Shown here: piece by piece, positions 9,640-20,315 of the stretch
Numbering within the stretch: the stretch's first letter is position 1
Layout: the number at the start of each line of letters is the position of its first letter
From: Calditrichia bacterium
GTDB lineage: Bacteria > Calditrichota > Calditrichia > JAJRVZ01
Direction of reading: 5' to 3'
Assembly (NCBI GenBank): GCA_963796965.1
Contig: CAWCNS010000011.1
Span: 752,262 to 816,261, forward strand
Length of the DNA: 64,000 bases
The notes under the pieces: model-generated
The model's database searches: none
The model's input: only the letters and a program-made list of their open reading frames with translations
What the model was told of the DNA's origin: nothing
Position numbers and translations under genes: made by a program

Positions 9640-10707
9640 TTAAAGATTGGAGATTTCTACAATTTTAGTATAGGGATCAGGAAGACCTTCAGAGCAATTG
9701 GTACACATATCAATTGATTTTCGAGCGGTTAATATTTGATTACGGAATTTTTGTGCACCTTCACCCTGCCATAATGAGCGAAAGGTTTTGCTGTTATCAA
9801 AAAGATTACCGTAGGCATACTCGGCATCTTTGTCAAAACAGCACGGAGAAAATGAACCATCCCAGTTAATAGCAGGATTTAGCCATAATCGTTTGCACCA
9901 GTTTTTAATTTCTCCCTTCAGGACATAGTCATCTTCGGTTCGTGTATAGCGCCGAAATTTCTCATCTTCAGGTAGAAAAGACTCTGCCTGTTGGTTAGAA
10001 TATATTTGAGCCGTTTTGAAAGACAATCGATTTAAAGCCAGTTTTTTACTAATCGATATAATTTCATCTATCTCAGCCTGGTTATGTTTGAAAATTAAAA
10101 ATTGTAATTCTATTATAGGAGTATCACTCATCAATCTTTTTTTAGCCGAGGCAATTCTCTCTAATGTTTCCATCACCAGTTGATAATTTCCACCAACTCT
10201 GTATTTTTCATAGGTCTCCTGATTGGTACCATCCATTGAAAAAATCAATAAATCTAATCCTGACTTTATTATCGCCTCAGCATCCCGGTCTGTGCGTATG
10301 AAATGACCGTTGGTCGAGGTTTGGGTCATGATACCCTTTTTATTGGCATAGTGTACAAATTCTAAAAAGGATTTATTAATAAAGGGTTCTCCCTGGTTCC
10401 ATAGCTGGATCTGCAAAATATATTCACCAATGTCATCGATCAATCTTTTAAAGTTCTCCAGATCCAATTTCCCCATAGCACGTTTCATTTCACCATTACC
10501 GGAAGGACACATGGGACATTTTAGATTACAAATATTTGTCGGTTCGATCATTAGTAATGGCGGATATCCCCAGATAATCGGTTTTTTTATAATTCTGGAG
10601 AGAACCAATGAAACATATATTTTGACCAAATTAATTAGGCGCCTTGGGGTAATGCTGACATTTATTAATGAGAGAGATTTAATCAGAGATTTTAGAGGTA
10701 CAATCAT
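9640..10707 (-). CDS. Radical SAM protein with SPASM/twitch domain (paralog 1)
   Basis: IEPTNICNLKCPMC, QGEP, STNG; C-terminal C..LW...INWDG...PCCFD...C..C. Confidence 0.92.
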   Translation of the reverse strand: MIVPLKSLIKSLSLINVSITPRRLINLVKIYVSLVLSRIIKKPIIWGYPPLLMIEPTNICNLKCPMCPSGNGEMKRAMGKLDLENFKRLIDDIGEYILQIQLWNQGEPFINKSFLEFVHYANKKGIMTQTSTNGHFIRTDRDAEAIIKSGLDLLIFSMDGTNQETYEKYRVGGNYQLVMETLERIASAKKRLMSDTPIIELQFLIFKHNQAEIDEIISISKKLALNRLSFKTAQIYSNQQAESFLPEDEKFRRYTRTEDDYVLKGEIKNWCKRLWLNPAINWDGSFSPCCFDKDAEYAYGNLFDNSKTFRSLWQGEGAQKFRNQILTARKSIDMCTNCSEGLPDPYTKIVEISNL

Positions 10708-10822
10708 TTTGAATTTTCTTTATTTAAGATTTGAAACTATGGACTGTCTTGATTTATTTCTCTATCGTATCGGGAGAGAATTTATGCCACAAGATCTCAA
10801 GTACTACAAATTTACTTCAAGA

Positions 10823-11779
10823 TTATTTTTTATCTGTATGACCATTTTCTGATCTGCGGTTTTGTCTGACACTGGCAATAATGTCTCTTGTTGACTTTAT
10901 ACTATCTTTGACTTCACGAAAATGGGCTCTTTTTTTGTAAATATAATAAGAGCCAATGAGGGAAGGGAAAATAGTATTAACTACAAAAAGGAACAGGGAG
11001 GTAGCAACCGCGTTTGCCGGAGAGACCCCATAGAGGCGGAAAAAAAAGACTGCTAATCCTTCACGAACTCCCAATCCAGAAATACTTATTGGTACCATTC
11101 CAGCGCACCATAAATATACTGAGGAATGAAATGTCGCAGCTAGTGATATCATATCGACCTGGTTCAATAATATATAATACTGCAAACCCATTACCAGGAA
11201 AATTCCTAAAGAGAAAAGAACATTATTAGCAAAAACAATATGATAGTTAACATCCTTTTCCTGCCAATCTTTAAGATAGGGTAAATGTGGAAATAAAAAA
11301 TAGGTAACTACTAAAACTACTAATAGGACGAGAGAATGGAAAAAATATTGAGGAAATGTTAGGGGTATAACAATCAGTATCGCTATAAGTTTTATAAAAG
11401 TAAGAAATACTTTTTCCATTCCAAATGCGAGGATCTTACCACGTTTCTTTCCTGGCAACATAAAAATCTTACTGAACTCTGCAGGACCACCAGGTATGAT
11501 AATTCGGAATGTGAATCCCGCAAAAAAGGAGGGTAGCAAATCTTTGATATCATAATGGTCTGAGTACTGCTCAATCAGATAACGCCAACGACGGAACTGG
11601 ATCACGAGGCTCAACACACTCAAGACCATAATGAAGAGGAAATTATACAAATATATTTTACTAAAATAAGCGAGGAATTGTTTCTGGTCCACCTGCATTA
11701 TGATCCAAACAACCAATACAATGCCAATGCAGATTTGAATAATATATATGAGGCGTCTTTTAAGAATGGTATCCATCAA
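10823..11779 (-). CDS. Lysylphosphatidylglycerol-synthase TM domain / flippase-like membrane protein
   Basis: RWRYL near the N-terminus, PISISGLGVREG motif, many TM helices. Confidence 0.85.
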   Translation of the reverse strand: MMDTILKRRLIYIIQICIGIVLVVWIIMQVDQKQFLAYFSKIYLYNFLFIMVLSVLSLVIQFRRWRYLIEQYSDHYDIKDLLPSFFAGFTFRIIIPGGPAEFSKIFMLPGKKRGKILAFGMEKVFLTFIKLIAILIVIPLTFPQYFFHSLVLLVVLVVTYFLFPHLPYLKDWQEKDVNYHIVFANNVLFSLGIFLVMGLQYYILLNQVDMISLAATFHSSVYLWCAGMVPISISGLGVREGLAVFFFRLYGVSPANAVATSLFLFVVNTIFPSLIGSYYIYKKRAHFREVKDSIKSTRDIIASVRQNRRSENGHTDKK

Positions 11780-11783
11780 CTGC

Positions 11784-12875
11784 CTATTTTTTCCAGTGAT
11801 AATGCTGGAAGCTTCCGATCAGACTAAAAACAATAATATACAGCGGATAGATGATTTGCATCAAGGGAATAAAAGGAATTATATCTTTTTGTCTAAAAAT
11901 AATAGCGGCCTTGATTAATGGAATAAATTCAAATATAAATTTAAGAAAAATTAAAATCAGCCATGGTATTAGCATACTCGGATAAATAATTGGCAGAGAT
12001 ATTACCAGAAGATAGTAAAAAAAGATTAACGACATGAGTACAATTGAAGATATTGATAACTGAAAAGTTTTGCTGTTTTTACGAATTTGTTGTTGGAGAA
12101 CTTCCTCATTTGAGGCAGGAATTAAAGTCTGAACGAAAGTTCCCGGATCAGCACAATATTCAATTTCCCCTTCACTATGCCGATGAAAACGATTTGTTAA
12201 ATGAATATCATCTCCGCTCCGGAATTTTTTCAGCGCGTGGAACCCTCCTAATTCATGATAGGCATCTTTTCGATAGGAGAGATTTCGACCCACACTGGTA
12301 AAGGGATAACCAAGCTTTACCGGAGCTGCAGCAGTAATGGCAGAGAAAAGATTATCAAATTGAAGTAGCCTGTAATACCATCTCTTTTCGTATATCAACG
12401 GAGAGTAACCCAGCACCATAGACACGTGATCCTGGAAATAACACACCATATTTCTCAACCAGTTACAGGGAACGACGCAATCTGCATCAGTCGTAAAAAT
12501 CAACTCATTTTGAGCCTGAGCGATACCCTCACGAAGGGCATTCTTTTTACCCCTTAAGTGAGTACTTTTTTCTATAAGCCGAATTATTTTCCAGTTTTGA
12601 TGGCGCTGACAGTACGTCTCAATAATCCCGGCTGTCTTATCAGTAGAACAATCATCGACAAGGATCACTTCATAATAATCCTTGTCATAGTCAATTGATT
12701 CAAGGCTCTTCAGACAAGGCTCAATCCTGGTTTCTTCATTTCTGGCCGCGATGACGATACTAATCGAACGATGTTTACTCTGTCCCGGTCTTTTTAATCG
12801 GCGCATTCCTATCCAGACAGCAAATAAAATGAGGAAATATAAAATATTTAGTACAATAAAAAGATTTATGATCAA
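11784..12875 (-). CDS. Membrane-anchored GT2 glycosyltransferase
   Basis: IVIAARNEE, VDDCSTD, GKKNAL, TDADC, SGDD, QQIRK; N- and C-terminal TM helices. Confidence 0.92.
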   Translation of the reverse strand: MIINLFIVLNILYFLILFAVWIGMRRLKRPGQSKHRSISIVIAARNEETRIEPCLKSLESIDYDKDYYEVILVDDCSTDKTAGIIETYCQRHQNWKIIRLIEKSTHLRGKKNALREGIAQAQNELIFTTDADCVVPCNWLRNMVCYFQDHVSMVLGYSPLIYEKRWYYRLLQFDNLFSAITAAAPVKLGYPFTSVGRNLSYRKDAYHELGGFHALKKFRSGDDIHLTNRFHRHSEGEIEYCADPGTFVQTLIPASNEEVLQQQIRKNSKTFQLSISSIVLMSLIFFYYLLVISLPIIYPSMLIPWLILIFLKFIFEFIPLIKAAIIFRQKDIIPFIPLMQIIYPLYIIVFSLIGSFQHYHWKK

Positions 12876-12990
12876 TTTTTTTTAACCTTTTACACGATGA
12901 AGCTTATATTGAGATTGCGATTGCTTTGAGTTTGGAGCATACCGGCTTTGCGTCTTGGCGAGAAGAAAATATACTGGGATAATGAGAGAT

Positions 12991-14679
12991 TTAGTACTCT
13001 AACCGCAAACCAAAGTGCAGTTCTGTAACGTCTTTCGTATTTGCATCATCCATATATTGACTAAATCGTGTTGCTACATTAAGAAAGAGCCCATTTAGAG
13101 CCTCATATTCAGCATAAATCTCAACTTTTTTTTCACTTTCAAGGATTCCTTCCAGAAAAACACGTGTCTCTCTGGGTTCTGTTTGATCTCCGATCAAAGT
13201 GTTATGTCCTAATAAGATATCACCACCAATGTTTTCATTATCATAGTTCCTGCCATGTTTCCACTGCCACAATTTTACCCCAACGTTGAGTCGGCGGCTG
13301 AATTGTTTTTCCAGATGGAGATAATAGACTTCTGAGTTGGGACCTGACCAGTAACCAAGTGGCACACCATCGCTAATAAACCGATTGGCATTATATTTAT
13401 GTGTATAAACCCAGGGCATAATTGCTGTATATTCAAAACGAGCAGCAAGATTCGCAATTCCGAGTGGATCCGTCAGATGCAATCCTGCCTGAAAACCATG
13501 CTTATTGCCATACCAATCGGAGCCCAATTTATCCTTGCGCAATTCATCCAGAAATAAACTGCCGTAAATTTTCACACCATTGAATAATCGAGACTCAAGA
13601 TCTAATGCGAGTAAGGCATTATCCCTGTCTCTTAGTGTATGTTCCACAGCTCGAAAATAATTTATCGGAAAAAGATAGGCCCAATCCGCTGAACGATTAC
13701 CATAAATGATGGCACCCGTCAATCCCACCGCCATTCCGGTTAAGGGGGAGAATTCAAACCGATTGATCGCAATCCATTTATCCGGATGCTGTGCCTGCCC
13801 CTCCTCTGAGCGCCCGGTACTCTCTGAAAGCAGTTTTCCATGCATGAACGTAAAACTTCCCCAACCCCAATATTTACCAATGCTGATATAGGGATATTGC
13901 TCAACGTTATCAGAAAGTATTAATGACCCTGATTCACCTAATCCCCAGGCAGTGGGTTGAATAGCAAAATGGAGATCCACCCATGGCGTACTTAACCCAA
14001 GATCTCCTCCACTGCGGTCAAAGTACGTTACTTCTTCCCGATTGTTTCGCCATGTATTTTTTAAAAATGAATCGCTGTTCCTGTATTCGAAATCGCCGTG
14101 AATGTTTGCCATAGCAACATTAACCATATATCCGAAGTTTCTGGTGATGCTGCCCCGGGCCTCAAAGTTCATTACATCCTTGCTTCTATTAATTTGTTCA
14201 TTTTTTTGATCATAAGTGATTTCATAGGCAAAATCAAAATAAAAACTGTTTGTAGAATCTTCCCACAGAAACACATGATTATCTTCTTCAGGTTGATGAC
14301 GAGCAAAGAACCGAAGAAATTCATGTGCAATTTGGTTAAATCCGGAAAAGGGCGTGTACCAGTTCTTATTTCCATCAATCTGTTTATATTTTTGGGAAGG
14401 GTCAATTTCGAATCTGAAATCCAGTAGATAATTGTCCAGAATATCCTTATCGATATGCGTTAACTCATCGCGCTTATTATTGACTCCAATAAGCAAATCA
14501 GCCACATGCCCACGGCTAAAAGGTTTTACACCATCAAGAATATTGTCCAAAATTCCTAATGTCTCCATCCGATCCAGAAAATGATAAACCGGATTTGTCA
14601 ATGGAACACTCACTGGGTTATCAGCTGTTAGTGGCACAACAAAAAGTAATAGGATCAGAAGTACAATAATTTTCTTCAT
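12991..14679 (-). CDS. Capsule assembly Wzi-family outer-membrane protein
   Basis: Signal peptide; VYHFLDRMETLG, KPFSRG, WGLGESGSLILSDN, DNALL, LGYWSGPNS; beta-signal-like terminal ...GLRLEY. Confidence 0.75.
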   Translation of the reverse strand: MKKIIVLLILLLFVVPLTADNPVSVPLTNPVYHFLDRMETLGILDNILDGVKPFSRGHVADLLIGVNNKRDELTHIDKDILDNYLLDFRFEIDPSQKYKQIDGNKNWYTPFSGFNQIAHEFLRFFARHQPEEDNHVFLWEDSTNSFYFDFAYEITYDQKNEQINRSKDVMNFEARGSITRNFGYMVNVAMANIHGDFEYRNSDSFLKNTWRNNREEVTYFDRSGGDLGLSTPWVDLHFAIQPTAWGLGESGSLILSDNVEQYPYISIGKYWGWGSFTFMHGKLLSESTGRSEEGQAQHPDKWIAINRFEFSPLTGMAVGLTGAIIYGNRSADWAYLFPINYFRAVEHTLRDRDNALLALDLESRLFNGVKIYGSLFLDELRKDKLGSDWYGNKHGFQAGLHLTDPLGIANLAARFEYTAIMPWVYTHKYNANRFISDGVPLGYWSGPNSEVYYLHLEKQFSRRLNVGVKLWQWKHGRNYDNENIGGDILLGHNTLIGDQTEPRETRVFLEGILESEKKVEIYAEYEALNGLFLNVATRFSQYMDDANTKDVTELHFGLRLEY

Positions 14680-14848
14680 AGGGCGATGTTAATTTAATTG
14701 ACCATGCTTTAAATTACAAGAAGGGCTAATAGTACTCCTAATGTCTGCAAAAATTAATATTACCTAAATATGGTATTACTATTTGCCTTTTGTCTAATAT
14801 CTTTTAAATTCCTCTTTTCCTTGAATGAATTAATCTGGATAAAGTTCA

Positions 14849-15910
14849 ATGATTATTCTTAATGAGTTGGTGCTCAGCCGGCTTCTTCGCTCGCTAAACA
14901 TCCGAAGAATCGGCAATATTATTAAAACAACCCTTGCGTTTATATTTTCTGCGTTAACCGGTAAACCAGTGGTCTGGGGAATGCCTCCGGTTTTAACCAT
15001 CGAACCGACCAACATGTGTAATCTGCACTGCCCCCTCTGTACAACAGGATCCGGTGAAATGGAACGAAGTGCCGGCAGAATGTCTATGGAGACATTTAAT
15101 AAAATTATGACACAGTTGGGTAATGATATATTCTTTTTGTTAATTTATCATCAGGGTGAGCCCTATATGAACAAGCATTTTTTCGACTTTGTAAAAATGG
15201 CAAAAAGAAAAAATATCTATGTAACGACCAGTACCAACGGACATTATTTTACCGAAATAAATATACAAAAAACGCTGGAATCTGGTCTGGATAGTATGAT
15301 TATATCGTTGGATGGCATCGATCAGAAGAGCTACGAAAAATACCGGGTAGGTGGTCAATTGAAAAGAGTTCTTGATGGCACGAGGGACCTTCTTTTAGAA
15401 CGAAATAAGAGAGGTCTAAAGACGCCAAATGTAGCCCTCCAGTTTCTGGTGATGAAGCAAAATGAACATCAGATTGGCGAAGTTAAAAAATTATCAGAAC
15501 AATTGGGTGTGGATAGGTTATTGATTAAAAATATAGAAGTACGTTCGTTGGAGGAGGCAGAAGAATGGCTTCCCTCAAATGAGAAATATCGACGTTATGA
15601 TTATAGCGGTCATGATTATAAAGTAAAAGGTTCTGAAAAAAATTCTTGTACCCGGCCCTGGCTCTCAACATTGATCAATTGGGATGGTACATTTGTACCA
15701 TGTTGTTTTGATAAGAACGGGAAATATCCAATGGGAAATATTCAGCACAAGGAGAACCTTGATGAAGTATGGACGGGTCCCGCTTTCACCGATTTTAGAA
15801 CAAAATTGCTTAAAGACAGGAAACAAATTGATATTTGCCGCAATTGCAATCAGGGATTTGGGAGTTTCCTTCCAACTAAACTTTGGAACTTGCGAGAGCA
15901 AAAAGATTAA
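14849..15910 (+). CDS. Radical SAM protein with SPASM/twitch domain (paralog 2)
   Basis: IEPTNMCNLHCPLC, HQGEP, STNGH; CTRPW...INWDG...PCCFD...CRNC. Confidence 0.92.
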   Translation: MIILNELVLSRLLRSLNIRRIGNIIKTTLAFIFSALTGKPVVWGMPPVLTIEPTNMCNLHCPLCTTGSGEMERSAGRMSMETFNKIMTQLGNDIFFLLIYHQGEPYMNKHFFDFVKMAKRKNIYVTTSTNGHYFTEINIQKTLESGLDSMIISLDGIDQKSYEKYRVGGQLKRVLDGTRDLLLERNKRGLKTPNVALQFLVMKQNEHQIGEVKKLSEQLGVDRLLIKNIEVRSLEEAEEWLPSNEKYRRYDYSGHDYKVKGSEKNSCTRPWLSTLINWDGTFVPCCFDKNGKYPMGNIQHKENLDEVWTGPAFTDFRTKLLKDRKQIDICRNCNQGFGSFLPTKLWNLREQKD

Positions 15911-15937
15911 CAATTCGTTAGCTCAAAAATTATAGAG

Positions 15938-17080
15938 ATGATTATGCTCTTTGTTATCGATATTTTTTTTCTAATATTTATATCGCTTCTTATCCTTTAT
16001 CTCACCTCACTTTACTATTTGAGGAGAGGGTTAACACAAGTAGATGTACGAATCGATGACCATCATCCCAATGTTTCTATTATTGTCAGTATGCATAACG
16101 AAGAGGAAAATGCACGGGATTGTATCCGGAAACTACTTGGTCAGAATTATTCTTCAAAAAAACTGGAGGTAATTATCGTTAATGACCGCTCCAGTGATAA
16201 AACAGCTGATATTGTTCAGGAATTGAGTGATCAATACTCAAATCTCAATCAAATCACCATAAATGAGACAAATGAAACATATGCACCAAAAAAGTACGCC
16301 ATTGATCAAGCCATGCAGAAGGCAAATGGAGAGATAATCATTCTAACTGATGCAGATGGTAGGCCGGGACCACAATGGGTCAATACAATAGTTTCACGCT
16401 TTTCCCAAAATGTGGGTATGGTATTAGGCTATGCCCCTTATATCACCGAACCTCCGTATGATAAAATACGCTATCATCTTTTGTCCTTGGAATATTTGTC
16501 ACATGCCGCAGTTGCCTGTGCATCCACTGGTCTAAAATTCCCTTTAACTTGCGTTGGAACCAATATGGCGTATCGTAAAGAAGTCTATAACCAACTTGAA
16601 GGATTTGGACAATTTAAGCATATTCACACTGGAGATGATGACCTTTTTTTGCAGAGAGTACGTGAAGAAACTGATTGGAAGATTGTGTATAATTCAACCC
16701 GCGAGGGACAGGTATGGAACGCCCCTCCCGCCACTCTAAAAAAGTTTTTTCACCAGCGACTTCGTTATGCCTCTAAAGGCTTTTTATATCCAAAGGGGGT
16801 TACAGTTTCATTGGTAGCCTTTTTTATTCTTAATTTATTTATTGTTATGTCTTTACTTTCATCATTGTATAGTGGTATTTATATCTTACCCCTTTTCTTT
16901 CTGCTATTACTGAAGTTTTTTGGCGAGTATCTCTTTCTTAGCCGCGCCGCATCAGTCTTACATCACAGGGAACATATCAGTTTGTTCCCATTTGCTTTCA
17001 TTCTTCATATCCCTTATGTTTTAATATTTGGATTATTGTCACAGTTTAAGCAATTTGAATGGGGGAGCCGTAAATCCTGA
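15938..17080 (+). CDS. Membrane-anchored GT2 glycosyltransferase
   Basis: SMHNEE, NDRSSD, KKYAI, TDAD, TGDDD, QRLRY. Confidence 0.92.
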   Translation: MIMLFVIDIFFLIFISLLILYLTSLYYLRRGLTQVDVRIDDHHPNVSIIVSMHNEEENARDCIRKLLGQNYSSKKLEVIIVNDRSSDKTADIVQELSDQYSNLNQITINETNETYAPKKYAIDQAMQKANGEIIILTDADGRPGPQWVNTIVSRFSQNVGMVLGYAPYITEPPYDKIRYHLLSLEYLSHAAVACASTGLKFPLTCVGTNMAYRKEVYNQLEGFGQFKHIHTGDDDLFLQRVREETDWKIVYNSTREGQVWNAPPATLKKFFHQRLRYASKGFLYPKGVTVSLVAFFILNLFIVMSLLSSLYSGIYILPLFFLLLLKFFGEYLFLSRAASVLHHREHISLFPFAFILHIPYVLIFGLLSQFKQFEWGSRKS

Positions 17081-18204
17081 TGTTTATGACTCTGAGTACC
17101 ATCCTGACAATTTTTGTGGTCATTTATATTCTTATTGGTTTATTAAATCATATTGGATTAAGTAAAATATATTCGACTACTACTTTAAAACCATCCGTTA
17201 CAGTTCTTATCGCTGCCCGTAATGAAGAAGCATTCATTGCACAATGTTTGACAAGCCTCGAAAATCTTCAATACCCAAAAGAAATGTTACAAATTATTAT
17301 CTTAAATGATCGATCGACAGATCAAACCCGTCAGATTGCTTTATCATATAGTGATCGTCTGGTCCATTTTACATTAATAGATATTGAGAAAGATGTCGAT
17401 GGCCTGTCTGGAAAAATGAATGCATTATCTCAAGGGCTTGATCAGGCAGAGGGGGATATCATATTGGTTACGGATGCTGATTGTCGTGTGCAACCAGCCT
17501 GGGTTGATCAGATGTGTGCATATTTTGCTGACGACACAGCAATGGTTGGAGGTTTAACAGTCATCGGTGAGGATAATAATAGAAGATCTGAAACATTTCT
17601 AAAATTGCAACAATTGGATTGGCTATTTCTGCAATCAATTGCCTCAGGATCGGCAGGGATTGGAATACCAGTGAGTATTTTAGGGAATAACTTTGGTTTT
17701 AGAAGATCTGTATACGAAAAATTGGGCGGTTTTCGTTCAATCGGATTTTCTTTGACAGAGGATATGGCATTGCTTAGAAAAATGGTTGGTTCAACAAATC
17801 ACAGATTAGCTTACAAATTAAATGATCAGAATATGGTAAGGACCTTCCCATTTAATAGATTTAAAGATTTTCTTGAACAAAGGAAGAGATGGTTGCGTGG
17901 CGGGATTAGAGTAAATATTTGGGGATGGATTATGATGTCCATATCATTCACGGCTCATCTCATGATATGTGGTGGAATTTTTATATTTCCTTTGAATCCC
18001 CATTTTATTTCTGCGTTAGCCGCTGTATTGGTGTTGGATTATTCCTTGGTATGGCGTATAGGAATGCGAATCAACCTCAGAGTTCATCTGCTTTATTTTA
18101 TAGCTTATGAACTCTTCTATATATTCTATTCAATTTTATTAACAATAAATCTAATTTCCAGATCACCCATTTCTTGGAAAGAACGTACATACAAAGAATC
18201 ATAA
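17080..18204 (+). CDS. Membrane-anchored GT2 glycosyltransferase
   Basis: IAARNEE, NDRSTD, GKMNAL, TDADC, TEDM, QRKRW; start overlaps the upstream stop (TGATG). Confidence 0.92.
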   Translation: MFMTLSTILTIFVVIYILIGLLNHIGLSKIYSTTTLKPSVTVLIAARNEEAFIAQCLTSLENLQYPKEMLQIIILNDRSTDQTRQIALSYSDRLVHFTLIDIEKDVDGLSGKMNALSQGLDQAEGDIILVTDADCRVQPAWVDQMCAYFADDTAMVGGLTVIGEDNNRRSETFLKLQQLDWLFLQSIASGSAGIGIPVSILGNNFGFRRSVYEKLGGFRSIGFSLTEDMALLRKMVGSTNHRLAYKLNDQNMVRTFPFNRFKDFLEQRKRWLRGGIRVNIWGWIMMSISFTAHLMICGGIFIFPLNPHFISALAAVLVLDYSLVWRIGMRINLRVHLLYFIAYELFYIFYSILLTINLISRSPISWKERTYKES

Positions 18205-18233
18205 AAAAAAGGCCCTGCTTTTGACAGGGCCTT
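18203..18233 (-). terminator. Intrinsic terminator after frr (between convergent genes)
   Basis: aaGGCCCTG-cttttga-CAGGGCCtt hairpin, with an A8 run that is a U-tract on the minus strand. Confidence 0.8.
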
Positions 18234-18237
18234 CATA

Positions 18238-18798
18238 TTAGACTTCCATGATCTCTTTTTCTTTATGTTCCAGAACCCCGTCGATTTCTTGGATATGCCT
18301 GTCTGTGACCTCCTGAATTTCATCTAAAATCACACTCAATTCATCTTCAGATATATCATGGTTTTTTTGCATTTTTTTCAGATGATCGTTTGCATCGCGT
18401 CTGACGTTGCGAATGGCAATCCGCCCCTCTTCTGCAAATTTCTTTACTAACCTGGCCAGATCTTTACGACGTTCCTCATTCAATTGTGGAATCGGTACTC
18501 TGATAAATGTTCCATCATTTGAAGGTGTCAGCCCCAAATCAGACTTCAATATAGCTTTTTCAATTTCAGCAATCATATTCCGATCCCAGGGCTGAATAGC
18601 TATAAGTCTGGGCTCGGGAATGGTTAAAGTTGATGCCTGGGATAATGGGACCATATTCCCGTAATAAGAAACTTTAACCCCATCCAATAGAACAGCAGAG
18701 GCCCTTCCCGTGCGGATTTTAGCAAATTCATGCTGGATGTTTTCAACTGCCATCTTCATTCGGTGGTCAGCATCTTTTTTGATTTCTTTCATATCCAT
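18238..18798 (-). CDS. frr: Ribosome recycling factor
   Basis: IRTGRA, SDLGLTPSNDG, EERRKDL, RNVRRDAN. Confidence 0.98.
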   Translation of the reverse strand: MDMKEIKKDADHRMKMAVENIQHEFAKIRTGRASAVLLDGVKVSYYGNMVPLSQASTLTIPEPRLIAIQPWDRNMIAEIEKAILKSDLGLTPSNDGTFIRVPIPQLNEERRKDLARLVKKFAEEGRIAIRNVRRDANDHLKKMQKNHDISEDELSVILDEIQEVTDRHIQEIDGVLEHKEKEIMEV

Positions 18799-18801
18799 GG
18801 A

Positions 18802-19521
18802 TTACTCCTGAACTTTGGTTCCTACGGATTCTCCCATCACAAGACGATTTAGATTACCCTCTTTATCAAAATTAAAGACAATGATTGGAAGTTTATTATC
18901 CATGGAGAGTGTTATCGCAGTTGTATCCATAACCTTTAAACCGCGTTTAACAACTTCCATGTATGATATCTCATCAAATTTCATTGCATTTTTAACTTTT
19001 TCAGGATCACTGTCAAAAACGCCATCGACACGTGTACCTTTAACAATCACATCTGCTTCAATTTCTACTGCCCGGAGGACAGCTGCAGTATCAGTCGTAA
19101 AATAAGGATTTCCTGTACCACCTGCAAAAATAACGACACGTCCTTTTTCTAAATGCCGGATAGCCCGTCGTCTGATAAATGGTTCTGCCACTTCTTGCAT
19201 CTCAATAGCGGTCATTACACGTGTATGAAGATCTCTTTTCTCCAGGGCATCTTGTAAAGCAAGACTATTTATAATTGTAGCCAGCATTCCCATATAATCG
19301 GCCTGAACCCGATCCATTTCACGGGCCTTTTCGGACAAACCACGAAATATATTGCCCCCACCAATAACAATGCCAATTTGAACTCCAGATCGGTGGGTTT
19401 TTTCCACTTCCCTAGCAAAACGGTTCAAAACGTCTGCTTCGATACCAAATTCTTTAACTCCAGTGAGAGACTCACCACTTAATTTAAGCAATATTCGTTT
19501 GTAAACAGGCAGCTGTCCCAT
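18802..19521 (-). CDS. pyrH: UMP kinase
   Basis: [32 protein letters not shown]. Confidence 0.98.
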   Translation of the reverse strand: MGQLPVYKRILLKLSGESLTGVKEFGIEADVLNRFAREVEKTHRSGVQIGIVIGGGNIFRGLSEKAREMDRVQADYMGMLATIINSLALQDALEKRDLHTRVMTAIEMQEVAEPFIRRRAIRHLEKGRVVIFAGGTGNPYFTTDTAAVLRAVEIEADVIVKGTRVDGVFDSDPEKVKNAMKFDEISYMEVVKRGLKVMDTTAITLSMDNKLPIIVFNFDKEGNLNRLVMGESVGTKVQE

Positions 19522-19528
19522 TATCAGG

Positions 19529-20125
19529 TTATTCCCCTATTTTAAAACGTGTAAAACGGCGAATGGTTATATTCTCACCCAACTTTGATATCGTCTCTGT
19601 GACAAGATTTTCAATTGTTTTATCCGGATCTTTCACAAAAGGTTGCTCTAGCAAACAAATCTCAGAATAAAATTTATCTAATTTCCCTGTGGCAATTTTA
19701 TCTATAATATTTTCAGGCTTTCCTTGTTCTTTAGCTTGTTCGCGATAGATTTTCATTTCCTGATCAATGGTATCCTGATCAACATCTTCTCTTTTTATAA
19801 ATAATGGGGATGAAGCTGCAATTTGCATGGCTACATCACGGGCAAATAATGAAAAATCATCTGTCTTAGCCACAAAATCTGTTTCACAATTTATTTCCAC
19901 CAGGACACCTAATTTGCTGCCAGGATGTATATAAGACTCAATACGTCCCTCATTGACGGCACGGTCTGCTTTTTTTGAGGCGCGTGCAATTCCTTTGGTT
20001 CGCAATACCTCTATAGCTTTATCCATATCACCATCTACTTCTTTTAATGCATTTTTGCAATCCATCATACCGGCGCCGGTTTTTTCTCTCAACTCTTTCA
20101 CTACGGCGGCTGTAATTTCTGCCAT
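19529..20125 (-). CDS. tsf: Elongation factor Ts (short form)
   Basis: [26 protein letters not shown]. Confidence 0.98.
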   Translation of the reverse strand: MAEITAAVVKELREKTGAGMMDCKNALKEVDGDMDKAIEVLRTKGIARASKKADRAVNEGRIESYIHPGSKLGVLVEINCETDFVAKTDDFSLFARDVAMQIAASSPLFIKREDVDQDTIDQEMKIYREQAKEQGKPENIIDKIATGKLDKFYSEICLLEQPFVKDPDKTIENLVTETISKLGENITIRRFTRFKIGE

Positions 20126-20315
20126 TTCTGTCTCCTCTTCTCGGATCTATAAATTTATATTAAAATCTACCACAATCGGATATAATACTTTTCACGGTTT
20201 GTGAACGCAGAGGCAATACACCTGGATCAGTAGACATCTACTGATTTAAGATAACTTAGAATTAATGTTGCGTTAGATTGGATAAACAGTAAGCCGTGAA
20301 ATGCTGTGGTAGTGC

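Noticed and set aside
9237..10707. RiPP cluster (SPASM maturase plus precursor peptide)
   Set aside because: No RRE/PqqD domain, protease or exporter is present. The small protein looks like a folded Zn ribbon and the rSAM context is glycosyltransferases.
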